Source: Candidatus Latescibacterota bacterium (lineage in GTDB: Bacteria; Latescibacterota; UBA2968; UBA8231). Taken from it: a stretch of 64,000 nucleotides of DNA. Below are positions 53,231 to 63,002 of this stretch, in pieces. Position 1 is the stretch's first letter. Every line of letters begins with the position of its first letter. Under the pieces are notes generated by a model. It was not told the origin of the DNA and made no database searches. It saw nothing but the letters and a program-made list of their open reading frames with translations. The position numbers and the translations under genes were made by a program. The stretch spans positions 4,928,001 to 4,992,000 of the forward strand of contig OZ242214.1 in assembly GCA_965206595.1 (NCBI GenBank), in the 5' to 3' direction.

Positions 53231-54925
53231 ATGGGAGTGTCAAACGAACCTTTGGAGGGTCCGTACGGCAGCCGCAGGCGCCTGTTCCGGGGGGGAGCCT
53301 GCCTGGCGCTGGCCGCCCTGGTGGGGGCTTGGCTGTACCGCTTCTGGGGCCACGACATGGTGCGCTCGCTCTACCGGGGTGAATGGCCGTGGCTGTCCCA
53401 CCTGGTAAAACGCCGGGGGGAACACCCGGTCGAGTACTACCTCGAAATCGCCGACCGCGCCGCCTACGGCCTGCTGCTCTGGAGCGTTCTGGTGTTCCTT
53501 TTGTACTGGGCCCTGCGGGAGTTGGCCGGACGCCTGCCCGCCTCGCTGCTGGCCGATCCGCGGTGGCGCCGGCTGACGGCGGCGACCGCCGCGGTCTGGC
53601 TCCTCTTCCTGTTGCGGATCCCCCTCTTTCAGGCGCTTCCCTGGTGGTTCTGGTCGCTCGCCGACAAGCCGCTGCCCCTCTGGTGGCTGTTCGCCTCCCT
53701 CGCCCTGGCGAGCGCCGGGGTCTGGTTCGCCGTGTCGAGCCGGCCCCATCGCCACCTGCCGAACCTGCTGCTGCTCGTCGTTCTCTGCTACACCCTGCAG
53801 ATGGGATTCGCCCTGATGGAAGGGCGCGGCCTGCAGTCGCTGTCCGACCGTCTCAGCGGCAGCGGCGGACATGCGCGACTGGCTCGCGCCGGCACCGAAT
53901 GGACCCCCGGGCACCTGTTGCGGAACTACCCTTCCATGGTCGCCAACCAGGAGCTTCCGCACTTCCCGCACGCCACCAGACCGCCCGGCCCGGTGATCGC
54001 TTTTGCCCTTCTCGATCAGGCTGCCCGCCACCTGCCGATTGCCGGGAACGACCGCCAGGAAGCCGTAGCCCGGCTCGCCGCCCTGCTGTTTCCCCTGATG
54101 GCCTCCCTGACCCTGTTTCCGCTGTGGGGGTTGTGCCGGCTGGCGATCCCCGGCGAACGCGAGGCCTGGATGCCGCTCCTGCTCTACGTCTCGGCCCCGA
54201 GCCTCCTGCTGATGGTCCTCCATCTCGACCAGTGCCTGTTTCCCCTGATCGGCACCACCTTCCTCTACCTGCTGGCACGGGCCCTGACCGCGAACAGGTT
54301 GCTCCCGGCATTCGCCGCCGGGGTCTGTCTGTATGCCGGGGGGTATTTCAGCTTCGGGCTGATCGCCCTGGCGGCCGCCTCGGCGGCGCTGATCCTGCTG
54401 TTCGCCCGCACGCGGCATGCCTGGAGACAGGCCGGAACCGCCGCGGCCGCGCTGCTCGCAGGGGCGGCCCTTGTGCACCTGGCGATGTGGTTCGCTCTCG
54501 GGTACGACGCCCTCGCCCAGTTCCGCTTCGGAATGGCGGCTCACCAGGCCTTCAAGTTCCCGCAGTGGGGTTTCGCCCACACCTTCTATTTCGGCGCCCT
54601 CAACCTCGTCGAGTTCGCGCTCTGGTGCGGACCTGCCCTCGCCCTCCTCTGCGCGGCGCAGCTGCACCGCGCCTGCCGAAGCTGGCCGCCCGGGACCGTG
54701 GCCGACCTGCTGGTGCTGGCGCTGGCCGTCGCCCTGGCGGGGCTCGTTCTGTTCGGGCGCACCGCCGCGGAAACCGCGCGCCTGTGGCTCTTCCTCCTGC
54801 CCCTGGTCGTCATCGCCGGCGCCCGTTACCTCGGTGAAATCACCCCTGGGCGCGGCGCCGGTTTCATCCTCGCGCTGCAGCTGGTCACCGTGCTGGTCCT
54901 CAAGAAGTTCCAGGATCTTTTCTGA
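53231..54925 (+). CDS. Multi-pass membrane protein, GT-C glycosyltransferase-like
   Basis: About 13 TM segments. Periplasmic loop with H..TRPPG, plus HLDQ and ETARLWLF motifs. Confidence 0.55.
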   Translation: MGVSNEPLEGPYGSRRRLFRGGACLALAALVGAWLYRFWGHDMVRSLYRGEWPWLSHLVKRRGEHPVEYYLEIADRAAYGLLLWSVLVFLLYWALRELAGRLPASLLADPRWRRLTAATAAVWLLFLLRIPLFQALPWWFWSLADKPLPLWWLFASLALASAGVWFAVSSRPHRHLPNLLLLVVLCYTLQMGFALMEGRGLQSLSDRLSGSGGHARLARAGTEWTPGHLLRNYPSMVANQELPHFPHATRPPGPVIAFALLDQAARHLPIAGNDRQEAVARLAALLFPLMASLTLFPLWGLCRLAIPGEREAWMPLLLYVSAPSLLLMVLHLDQCLFPLIGTTFLYLLARALTANRLLPAFAAGVCLYAGGYFSFGLIALAAASAALILLFARTRHAWRQAGTAAAALLAGAALVHLAMWFALGYDALAQFRFGMAAHQAFKFPQWGFAHTFYFGALNLVEFALWCGPALALLCAAQLHRACRSWPPGTVADLLVLALAVALAGLVLFGRTAAETARLWLFLLPLVVIAGARYLGEITPGRGAGFILALQLVTVLVLKKFQDLF

Positions 54926-56081
54926 CGATCGGCGAAGCGAGACGGTCCGCGAGGATCCGCGCCGACAGCTCGTGGCCGAGCGCCGTGAAGTGTCCGTAGC
55001 CGCCGTGGTAGATCCCGTTTCCCCTTTCGACCTGCTCGATGAACAGCTCGCGCGGATAGGCGTGGTCGATCCGCAGCCCGGCCAGTTTTTTGAGGATCCC
55101 GCTCTCGATGCGCGCCCTGTCCCGGCGAAAGACAGGGCGCCGCGCCCCCGGGTCGCGGCGATAACGCCGGATGTCGATGACGTCCTGAAGGAGCAGGGGA
55201 TCGGGAATCAGATAGACGAAAAAGCCAATTTTCCGCTGCCGCAGATGGCCGGCGATCCCGTCGAGCAAGCGCCCGGCAACCGCGATCATGTCCTGCAGAT
55301 GAACCTCCGACGCGCCGAGGTCCGGGGTGGCGATCATGCCGGCGTCCCGCGCCAGGGCGGCGATCCCCGGGTTGGCCTTTACGGCGTGCTTCCAGGCCAG
55401 CCGCGCGACCACGGAACGGGCCAGCACGTTGTCCCGGAGCCAGGACCGCAGCGAATAGGGGGGAGCCGGGGAAAAGGTCAGCTCGCCGTCCGCCAGGTCG
55501 AAGCGGGGGACCGATGCCGAGGCGAGGGGGGCGAAGTTGTCCTGCAGGTCGTTGCCGAGGAAGAGGACGAGCACCACGATGTCCGGGTTACATTCGGCGG
55601 CGCGCTCGCGCACGGTGAGGAAGTGGGATCCGAGACCGTAGCCGTGCACCCCCCAGTTCACCGCCTCGACCTCGCCGGCGCCACGCCGCGACAGGTCGCG
55701 CGCCATGCGCTGGGAGAAGTTCGCCTCGAGGTCGACCTGGTAGGCCTCGAGGAAGGAATCCCCGAGAAACAGGATGCGGCGGCGGCCTGCGGCCGGCCGC
55801 GTCGCCCGTTCGCGATCGTGAAATCCGCGGCTGTTCGTGGTCACTACCCGCGGGGGGCCCTCCACTTCGCGAGTCCAGGGAATGCTCAGGTGGGGCCGCC
55901 CGCGAAAACCCAGGAGCTCGTCGTACTCCAGGGTGGCGTGCTCGACTTTGACGACCCGGGGCAGCAGCAGCTCTGCCAGCAGCAGGACCGCGGCCGTCGC
56001 CGCGGCCGCGACGGCGCAATTCACCGCCAGGGTGCGCCACCGGGAAGAGCTGCGGCCGGACCTGTCGGAGATCTCCGTCAC
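54900..56081 (-). CDS. Membrane-anchored SGNH/GDSL hydrolase (AlgX/AlgJ-like)
   Basis: N-terminal TM segment; NSRGFHD, FLGDSF, NWGVHGYG, LGND and GHFT..GH motifs. Confidence 0.8.
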   Translation of the reverse strand: MTEISDRSGRSSSRWRTLAVNCAVAAAATAAVLLLAELLLPRVVKVEHATLEYDELLGFRGRPHLSIPWTREVEGPPRVVTTNSRGFHDRERATRPAAGRRRILFLGDSFLEAYQVDLEANFSQRMARDLSRRGAGEVEAVNWGVHGYGLGSHFLTVRERAAECNPDIVVLVLFLGNDLQDNFAPLASASVPRFDLADGELTFSPAPPYSLRSWLRDNVLARSVVARLAWKHAVKANPGIAALARDAGMIATPDLGASEVHLQDMIAVAGRLLDGIAGHLRQRKIGFFVYLIPDPLLLQDVIDIRRYRRDPGARRPVFRRDRARIESGILKKLAGLRIDHAYPRELFIEQVERGNGIYHGGYGHFTALGHELSARILADRLASPIVRKDPGTS

Positions 56082-56157
56082 CGGCAGGACGAAATCCTGT
56101 GGAATGTTCCCGGCGCCGGTACGGTTCGCTTCCCGAAGGGAACCCGCATCTTCCCCC

Positions 56158-58098
56158 CTACCTGACGGCTATGAAGTAGTGGATGACGAACCAGACCCCC
56201 GAGGTGGCGAACTGCCCGAGAATGACCCCGATGAAGAAGGGCCTCGTGGTCACGTACAGCTTCACCCCTCCGTATTTCACGATCGCGGTCTTGAACAGCC
56301 AGCCGAGAAAGACGCTGAAGAAGGCCGAGCCGAAAACCGCGCTCAGGGGTAGCCCCAGGGGATGCAGGGGCCACCAGAGAAAGCGCTGCCGGGCCAGCAT
56401 CAGCAACCCCATGGCCGCGGCGCCGATCCCGGCAAAACCCCAGTTCTCCCAGTGCGGCCCCTCCAGCGACTGGATACGGGCGGAGGCGTTCTCGAAAGGA
56501 TAGCGGGCTCCCCAGCCGAAGAAGAAGCCGTCGGTATTGATCCCCCCGTGGGTGTAGGCCAGGGTCAGTATCGTCCAGATGGAGCTGGCGATGCTGACGG
56601 CGATGGCGATCATGATGGCCAGGAATACCATGCGCCTGTTCGACCTGATGGTCTCCTCTGCCATCTTCAGTCCGTTGGCGCACGAGGCCATCACGAAGGT
56701 GAGGATGTCGCTGGCCCAGACGTAGGTAAAGGAGAGCGAGATGATGCCCGACTGCCCCAGCGCCCGGGTGCCGATGCCGGCGGCGACGAAGTCCGACGCG
56801 ATCATCGGTGCGTAGTTCCACGCCAGCCCTCCCTCGGCGACCACGCGCGTGATGGCCACGAACAGGGCGAAGGCGAAGAACAGGTAGATCGGCACGATCC
56901 AACCCGGCAGTCCGCTCTGCGCCAGCCAGACCCCCATGAACAGCAACGAGCCGAGCAGCGTGAACGCCGCGGCGCGGTAGGACATGATCTCGCCCCCGTC
57001 GTCGACGCCGGGATCGCCGAGAAAGGCGCGGCGGAACACCCTGTACAGATGGCCCCTGGCGGTCCACAGGCCGAACAGCACCAGCACCATGAAGGCGCCG
57101 AATCCCTGCAGGGTCAGGATCGAGTCGGCGTGGCGGCTGTAGACCCCGAACAGGGGATCGACGCGCTGGATGCCGATGGTGTTGAACACCCCCTGCTGAA
57201 CCACCCCGAACAGGTAGAAGAACCAGAGGCTGAAGGCGACGTTGCGGTTGATGAAATAGGCGAACCCGACCAGCTGGAAGCTGACGCTGAACTGGACGTC
57301 GACGGTGTCGCGGAAGAGCGGCAGGTATCCCCCCCAGAGGGAGATGCGCTCGATGAACGGGTAGTAGGTCGACAGCCGGTTGTTGCTGTAGATGAGGGCG
57401 GTTATGGCGAAACCCGCCCACATCAGGGGGTTCCTGAACAGCGGCTTTATCAGGGAGGGTTTGGACTCGTCATCCTCGATCATCGCCAGCGGCACCTGCA
57501 CGAGCGGGTAGATCAGGCGCTCGTTGACGATCCACTGGCGCCGCAGAATCACCATGATCGCGATCATCGCCAGGTAGAGCGCGAAGATGAACGGCAGCCA
57601 CCAGGCCAGCGGCGGCAGCCACAGCTCCCACGGGATGCCCTGCCCCTGCGGCGCTCCCTCGTAGAAGTACTTGATCTGCTCGAAGTCGTGATGCGGGATC
57701 ATCCAGCCCGGTATGAACGGGAACAGGCTGTCCCAGTTGTTCTCCGGGGTGGCGTAGTAAATGACGCTGGTTATGTGGGGCAGCAGAAACGAGGTGAGGC
57801 CGCGCTCGGGAATCGGGGTTGCGATGATCCACATGATGTAGATCAAGGCGAGCTCGGAGCGCCTCAGCATCCATTGCCGGCGCAGGGCGCCGACGAATGC
57901 GTTCAACAGGAAGACGAGGTAGAAGAACAGGATGAGAGCCGCTGCCGTGGTCATCAGGGCGGCTATGCGCTCGCCGTAGAGCATCATTCCGACGTAGGGA
58001 ACGCCGGTGCCGATGGCGACCGAGCCGATAGTGCCGACGATCAGGGAGCGCAGTGTTACCCCGCGGGCAACCCTTTCTGTTTTCGACTCCGTTTCCAC
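56158..58098 (-). CDS. DUF6785/DUF6784 family multi-pass membrane protein (OPT-like transporter candidate)
   Basis: GVTLRSL..G, YYATPENNW, ILRRQW...E.L.YP and WWPLHPLG motifs. Paralog of 39825-41771. GTG start at 58098 inferred. Confidence 0.8.
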   Translation of the reverse strand: METESKTERVARGVTLRSLIVGTIGSVAIGTGVPYVGMMLYGERIAALMTTAAALILFFYLVFLLNAFVGALRRQWMLRRSELALIYIMWIIATPIPERGLTSFLLPHITSVIYYATPENNWDSLFPFIPGWMIPHHDFEQIKYFYEGAPQGQGIPWELWLPPLAWWLPFIFALYLAMIAIMVILRRQWIVNERLIYPLVQVPLAMIEDDESKPSLIKPLFRNPLMWAGFAITALIYSNNRLSTYYPFIERISLWGGYLPLFRDTVDVQFSVSFQLVGFAYFINRNVAFSLWFFYLFGVVQQGVFNTIGIQRVDPLFGVYSRHADSILTLQGFGAFMVLVLFGLWTARGHLYRVFRRAFLGDPGVDDGGEIMSYRAAAFTLLGSLLFMGVWLAQSGLPGWIVPIYLFFAFALFVAITRVVAEGGLAWNYAPMIASDFVAAGIGTRALGQSGIISLSFTYVWASDILTFVMASCANGLKMAEETIRSNRRMVFLAIMIAIAVSIASSIWTILTLAYTHGGINTDGFFFGWGARYPFENASARIQSLEGPHWENWGFAGIGAAAMGLLMLARQRFLWWPLHPLGLPLSAVFGSAFFSVFLGWLFKTAIVKYGGVKLYVTTRPFFIGVILGQFATSGVWFVIHYFIAVR

Positions 58099-58123
58099 TC
58101 GGCCCCGTGAGATCGCGAGACCG

Positions 58124-60382
58124 CTAGTGGCCGCGGGCGTGATAGGTTGCGGGGTTCTTGCCGGTCGCGGAGCCACCCAGCTCGAAGGGTCTGAAGGAAT
58201 GCGCAGTCAAGGTCGCATCCCCTTCCCTGATCCGCAGCAGCGTGTTCATCCCCACCTCCTCGAATCGCTGCGTCGTGCCGCTGGCCGGCCAGAAGATCTC
58301 GAGCGCCTCGACGGCGTCGGCCCGGCCCAGGCCGATTTCCCGCCGCATGCTGGAGGCGCCGAAGCTGCCGCCCCCGGACACCCGCGAATGAACCACGCGG
58401 GGGCCGTCCTCCGTGCGCAGGTGAACTTCGATGCGGGCGCCGATAGCGTCCCGGTTGGACTGCACTCCTTCCAGCTCGAGCTTGAGCCAGTGGTTGCCGT
58501 GGCCGGGGTTCTCGAACAGCACGTTCTGGTAGACATCGCCGGTGAAGGCGCCGCCCATCACCGCGCAGACCTCCTGATCGCCATCGTGATCGAGATCGCC
58601 GAAGGCGATGCCGTGACCCTTTTGCAGATGCCCGAAACCACCGGAACTGGTGACGTCCTGGAAGAACTGCCCGGCGGCGTTGCGGAACATGCGGTTGGGC
58701 ATGACGGAGATCAGGCCGGGGTCGCCGGTGCCGAGATAGCAGTCCGGGTACCCGTCGTTGTCGAGATCGCCGTAGTTGCTGCCCATGGTAAGCAGAGGCT
58801 TGTCGAGCCGGGCGGCGGCAGTGACGTCGGCAAACGTGCCGTCCCCGTTGTTGCGGTAGAGGCGCGGGTGCTCCGCCGTGTTCGCCAGCCCCAGGTAGTC
58901 GGCGGCTACGTCGGTAGGGCGAGCCTTGTAGCCGGAGACGAAAATGTCCAGCCAGCCGTCGTTGTCGTAGTCCCAGAACCAGCCCGGAAAGCTGCGTGGC
59001 GGACCGGGCACGCCTGCTGCTTCCGTCACGTCCGCGAAACGCCGCGAGCCGTCCCCGCCGGCCCCATTGCGGAACAGCAGGTTGGACTCCTTCGGGTTGA
59101 GGCGCGACAGGTACAGATCAAGCAGTCCGTCGTTGTCGTAATCCCCCCACACCACGCCCTTCACATATCCCTCCACGGCCAGACCCGTAGCCGCGGCGCG
59201 ATCGCGAAAGGTGCCGTCGGCCTTGTTGTGGAACAGCTCGCACGGATGCCGCTCGGCGCCGAAAGATTCGTTGCCGATGTAGAGATCCAGCCAGCCGTCG
59301 TTGTCGTAATCTCCCCAGGCGGCAGTCTGCGTCGGGTGCAGGGTGAGGATGCCGGCCGCTTCGGTGACGTCATCGAAACGGCTGCCCTCCAGGTTTCTCA
59401 GCAGTGAATTGGGGTGGCGGCCTCCGTCCGTAGCGGGCGGGCGGTTGAGCCAGGCTCCCCGCAGGATGAGCGCGTCGGAATAGCCGTCGTTGTCGTAGTC
59501 GGCCTGCTTGCTGTTGAGGCCGCCGACGAGGCCTCCCAGGCCGGCGGTTTCCGTCCGATCGGCAAAGGTGCCATCCCCGTTGTTGCGGAAGTAGCGCAGC
59601 GGATCGCGCCGGCCCCAGGAGCAGACCATGATGTCGAGGTGTCCATCGCGGTCGAAGTCCTCCATGACAACACCCCCGGACAGCCCTACCAGATCCAGGC
59701 CCAGCGCCGGAGCCACGTCGCGAAAACGGCCGATGTCGTAATCGGATTCAAAGAGATGGGGCGGCATCAGCTGTTCCGGAGGCACCGACTCCGGGTATTC
59801 ACCCAGGTTCATGTAGGCGATGTTGAGCAGCCAGCGGGAAGAAAGATCGTCCGGGTTGCGCTGCAGCACTCCTTCGAATTCGGCGACCGCCGCCCGCGCG
59901 CCACCCGGCAGCGCGTGCGCGCCGGCGCCGGAGATGGGAAACAGGCAGGATTCGGTGTTGTGATTGAGGATGCAGTTGTCCTGCTCTCCCAGGCGGAGAT
60001 AGGCAAGCCCCAGAAAGATCTGCAGGCGGTGCTGCATTTGGCGCCCGCTCGCCTCCGCCTGCAGCCGGCGGAATTCCGCAATCGCCTCCGCCGACCGACC
60101 GTCGAGCAGCAGTTCGTTGGCCAAATTGACGCGGGTCTTGAAGAGCTGCGACTTGACGCGGGGGTCCAGCGGGTCGGCGGCCTTGCGCAGGCGCGCCACT
60201 TCATCGCGGAAGTGCCGCACTCGCACGTCGTTGGCGTACGGATGGGCGAGCGGCTCGACGTCCTCGGCGATCTCGATCAGCCGCCGCGCCATGCGCCGGG
60301 TTCCTTCGGTCCTGGTGTCGGCAGGCGGTTCCCGGCAGGCCGCGTGGGCGAGAAAGGATGCTGCCAGCAGAAGCAGCGTCAT
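58124..60382 (-). CDS. CRTAC1 family lipoprotein (N-terminal TPR-like region, FG-GAP repeats, ASPIC/UnbV)
   Basis: Lipobox-like HAAC, GEQDNC...CLFPI, repeated DYDNDG and SNRDAIGARI...IGLG...WP.SG motifs. Confidence 0.9.
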   Translation of the reverse strand: MTLLLLAASFLAHAACREPPADTRTEGTRRMARRLIEIAEDVEPLAHPYANDVRVRHFRDEVARLRKAADPLDPRVKSQLFKTRVNLANELLLDGRSAEAIAEFRRLQAEASGRQMQHRLQIFLGLAYLRLGEQDNCILNHNTESCLFPISGAGAHALPGGARAAVAEFEGVLQRNPDDLSSRWLLNIAYMNLGEYPESVPPEQLMPPHLFESDYDIGRFRDVAPALGLDLVGLSGGVVMEDFDRDGHLDIMVCSWGRRDPLRYFRNNGDGTFADRTETAGLGGLVGGLNSKQADYDNDGYSDALILRGAWLNRPPATDGGRHPNSLLRNLEGSRFDDVTEAAGILTLHPTQTAAWGDYDNDGWLDLYIGNESFGAERHPCELFHNKADGTFRDRAAATGLAVEGYVKGVVWGDYDNDGLLDLYLSRLNPKESNLLFRNGAGGDGSRRFADVTEAAGVPGPPRSFPGWFWDYDNDGWLDIFVSGYKARPTDVAADYLGLANTAEHPRLYRNNGDGTFADVTAAARLDKPLLTMGSNYGDLDNDGYPDCYLGTGDPGLISVMPNRMFRNAAGQFFQDVTSSGGFGHLQKGHGIAFGDLDHDGDQEVCAVMGGAFTGDVYQNVLFENPGHGNHWLKLELEGVQSNRDAIGARIEVHLRTEDGPRVVHSRVSGGGSFGASSMRREIGLGRADAVEALEIFWPASGTTQRFEEVGMNTLLRIREGDATLTAHSFRPFELGGSATGKNPATYHARGH

Positions 60383-60492
60383 TGGTGGCGGTTATCGACA
60401 GCACCGCGGAGCCGGCGTCGATGCGTCGCGCGCCCGGATAGGGGAACCGCCGGTTGGCTGGAAGTCACCGACCGCGACCCGAAAGCTCTGTT

Positions 60493-62103
60493 TCAACCAT
60501 TGGGCGTGCCCCCCGGGCCGGTATCGGCCATCGCCTCGGCCTCTGCGAAGCCGATCTCCAGCCGCACTTCGTTCAGGAAAACCGGTTCGAAGCGAGGGAC
60601 GCTCCCCTTGACGAGGCGTACCACCAGTTCATTTCCCCCCTTGACGATCGACCGGGCGCCGACATCGAACTGAATCAGCGTGCCCTCGACGCGCTCCTGC
60701 TGCATGGTCGTATGGTATACCTCGCCGTCGAACACCGTGTGCCCCCAACCTTCGTTTGAAACCCGGCGCATATCCCACGCCACCGGCTCGCCATTGATAC
60801 TCAAGTCCAGCGCATCCCCCTCCACGAAATGGTTGAAACCGAGACTCAAGGTGCAGGAATCGAGAGCTCCTTCCGACCGGGCCGTGGCCACGTCGTCCGC
60901 GATGTCCAGGGTCAGCACGGCCCCGCCGCCGGGCTCCGTCTCCTCCATGAACACCGGCAGCGAAGCCCAGGGAAGGGCGTACCGAAACGCCCCGACATGG
61001 TGCTCCTTGCTGCCGACGCGGTCGGAATGATCGAGCTCGTAGCGCTTGTTCAGGCGGGGGAGCCGCCGCCGGTCGACCATGTTGCCGAGCACCCGCTTCT
61101 TCCACTCGTTCGGGGTGTTGAAGTAGTTGAACAGGTAGAACCCGTCGACCCCGGCCTCGAGGAACCGCGCCGCCAACGCGTAGAGCACCTCCTCGTCCAA
61201 GGCCCACCGCAGCGCCTCGAAGCTCCCGTAGATCAGGCAGTCGGTCCCCTCCGCCACCTCGACGAACTCGCGGATCGGCTGCTCGAACGGCAGGAAGCCG
61301 CCGCCCGCGGCGACGATGTCGACCAGTCCTTCCGAGATCCAGGTCTCGACGTCCAGTCCGATCCGCCTGGCGTCGTAGAGCGTCGGCGGCACGCGCACCA
61401 GCAGATCGAGATGCCTGCCCCGCTTCTCGCCGACCTCGTCCAGGCGCCGCCGGATGCGCCGTACGAAGTCCGTCATCAGGTAGCGGTTGGAGCAGGCCTC
61501 TTCGATCCGGAAGAAGGCCGGATGCCGGAAGTAGTCGAGCTCGATGCCGTCGACGTCGAAGCGTTCGCACAGTTCGAAAACGATTTTCTCCATGTGCTCG
61601 CGAACGCCGGGAAACTTGTAGTCCACCCCGCGGGCGATGGCGTATTCGAGCGTGGGCCGGGGGATGTACTCGTGAGGCTGGCCTATGAGCCATTCAGGGT
61701 GATCGCGCCGAAACCGGCCATGAGCGGGCGAATCGTAAGGGATGTCGTAGTGGCTGTTCATGCGCAGCGAAGGCAGCACGTCGATGCCCGCCCCGTGAAA
61801 CTGCCGGGTGATCTCCCTCATCGGGCCGCCGGAGGACTCGATCAGGCTGCGGAGATTTCGCTGCGTCCATGAAAAACGTTCCTCCGCGAACTGCTCGCAG
61901 CCATCGCCGATGCGTTCCCCGACCTCGGTTTCGTAAGCGAAGGTCTCGCTGTTGCCGACGCACCACGACACCCCGCCCACGGGCGAACCGGGGTAGGTGG
62001 CGACCATGCGCTCCGCAATGGTTTCGGGCCTGACCGGTGCGGTCCGGAGGTCCATGATCCAGCCGTCGTCGTTGCTGATGATCCTGCACTCTTTGTCTGT
62101 CAT
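60493..62103 (-). CDS. GHL10/DUF187-like TIM-barrel protein (putative glycoside hydrolase)
   Basis: IISNDDG, SLRMN, VDY...GVR, FDVDGIELDYFR, GLDVETW..EGLVD and GVDGFYLFN motifs. Paralog of 28843-30468. Confidence 0.75.
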   Translation of the reverse strand: MTDKECRIISNDDGWIMDLRTAPVRPETIAERMVATYPGSPVGGVSWCVGNSETFAYETEVGERIGDGCEQFAEERFSWTQRNLRSLIESSGGPMREITRQFHGAGIDVLPSLRMNSHYDIPYDSPAHGRFRRDHPEWLIGQPHEYIPRPTLEYAIARGVDYKFPGVREHMEKIVFELCERFDVDGIELDYFRHPAFFRIEEACSNRYLMTDFVRRIRRRLDEVGEKRGRHLDLLVRVPPTLYDARRIGLDVETWISEGLVDIVAAGGGFLPFEQPIREFVEVAEGTDCLIYGSFEALRWALDEEVLYALAARFLEAGVDGFYLFNYFNTPNEWKKRVLGNMVDRRRLPRLNKRYELDHSDRVGSKEHHVGAFRYALPWASLPVFMEETEPGGGAVLTLDIADDVATARSEGALDSCTLSLGFNHFVEGDALDLSINGEPVAWDMRRVSNEGWGHTVFDGEVYHTTMQQERVEGTLIQFDVGARSIVKGGNELVVRLVKGSVPRFEPVFLNEVRLEIGFAEAEAMADTGPGGTPNG

Positions 62104-62144
62104 CGACAGTCGCCTTTCAGCCTGGTTCAGGCCGCGTTGCGGCT

Positions 62145-62990
62145 TCACACCCCGGAAGTTTCGAACCCCATTTCGACCAGGAATGCGACCATGCGCCGCA
62201 GCCGCGGGTTGTCGTTGTTGATGTAGGACTCGGCGGGATGGAAGCCGAACCTGTGTTGCGCGTAGAGCTCGCGCACCAGGTCGAGCTGTTCCTCCGTCCG
62301 GGGGTGGGCCACGAAGTTGACCGCGTGCTGGTGGCGCCCCGGTTTGCCGCCGAAGACCGCGTGCACCACGTCTTCGTGGAAGACGACCACGTCCCCCGGT
62401 TCGGTCTCCAGGGGCACGCACGGCACCTCCTCCGGGCGCAGCCCGAAGGGGCGGAAAGCGGGGTCGTTCCGGCGCTTGCGCAACAGCGCGAACGGATCGC
62501 TTTCCCCGACCCGATGGCTGCCGGGTATCACCCGCAGGCAACCGGTGTCCCGCGTCAGCGCCTGAGGATAGAAGGCGATCTTGATCTCGGGCAGAACCTG
62601 CGATGTGCGCCCGTTCCCTCCGTGCCACGGGGTGTCGCCGCCGTGCAGGTTTCCTTCGGTTCCATCGAGAAAGAAGTCGGGCCCGAGAAGGTCTTCCCCG
62701 CGGCCGTAGACGCGGTCGTCGGCAGGCAGCCGCGAGAGCAAGGGGCCGCGCTCGAAAAAGGGCTGGAGCGCCCGAGCGCCCGGATGGTCGACTCCCTCGG
62801 CGGCCATGACTTCCGCGGCCTCGCGTTGCAGGCTGCCCGCCTCCGAGGCGCTCAGCAGGCCCCGCAGCACCAGGTATCCGAAGACGTGCATGTGCTCCAA
62901 CTGACCCGGCGTGAGCAGGGTCAGGCCGTCGCTCACCCCGCGCGACACCGGGGGAAGATCTTCCGCGTGAACCTGTTCGCCCGTCGACAT
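62145..62990 (-). CDS. PhyH-family Fe/2OG enzyme with HxG motif (candidate halogenase)
   Basis: FGYLVLRG, GDTPWHGG, GCLRVIPGSH, PGDVVVF and VHA motifs. Confidence 0.8.
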   Translation of the reverse strand: MSTGEQVHAEDLPPVSRGVSDGLTLLTPGQLEHMHVFGYLVLRGLLSASEAGSLQREAAEVMAAEGVDHPGARALQPFFERGPLLSRLPADDRVYGRGEDLLGPDFFLDGTEGNLHGGDTPWHGGNGRTSQVLPEIKIAFYPQALTRDTGCLRVIPGSHRVGESDPFALLRKRRNDPAFRPFGLRPEEVPCVPLETEPGDVVVFHEDVVHAVFGGKPGRHQHAVNFVAHPRTEEQLDLVRELYAQHRFGFHPAESYINNDNPRLRRMVAFLVEMGFETSGV

Positions 62991-63002
62991 CGACGCCCTC
63001 CT

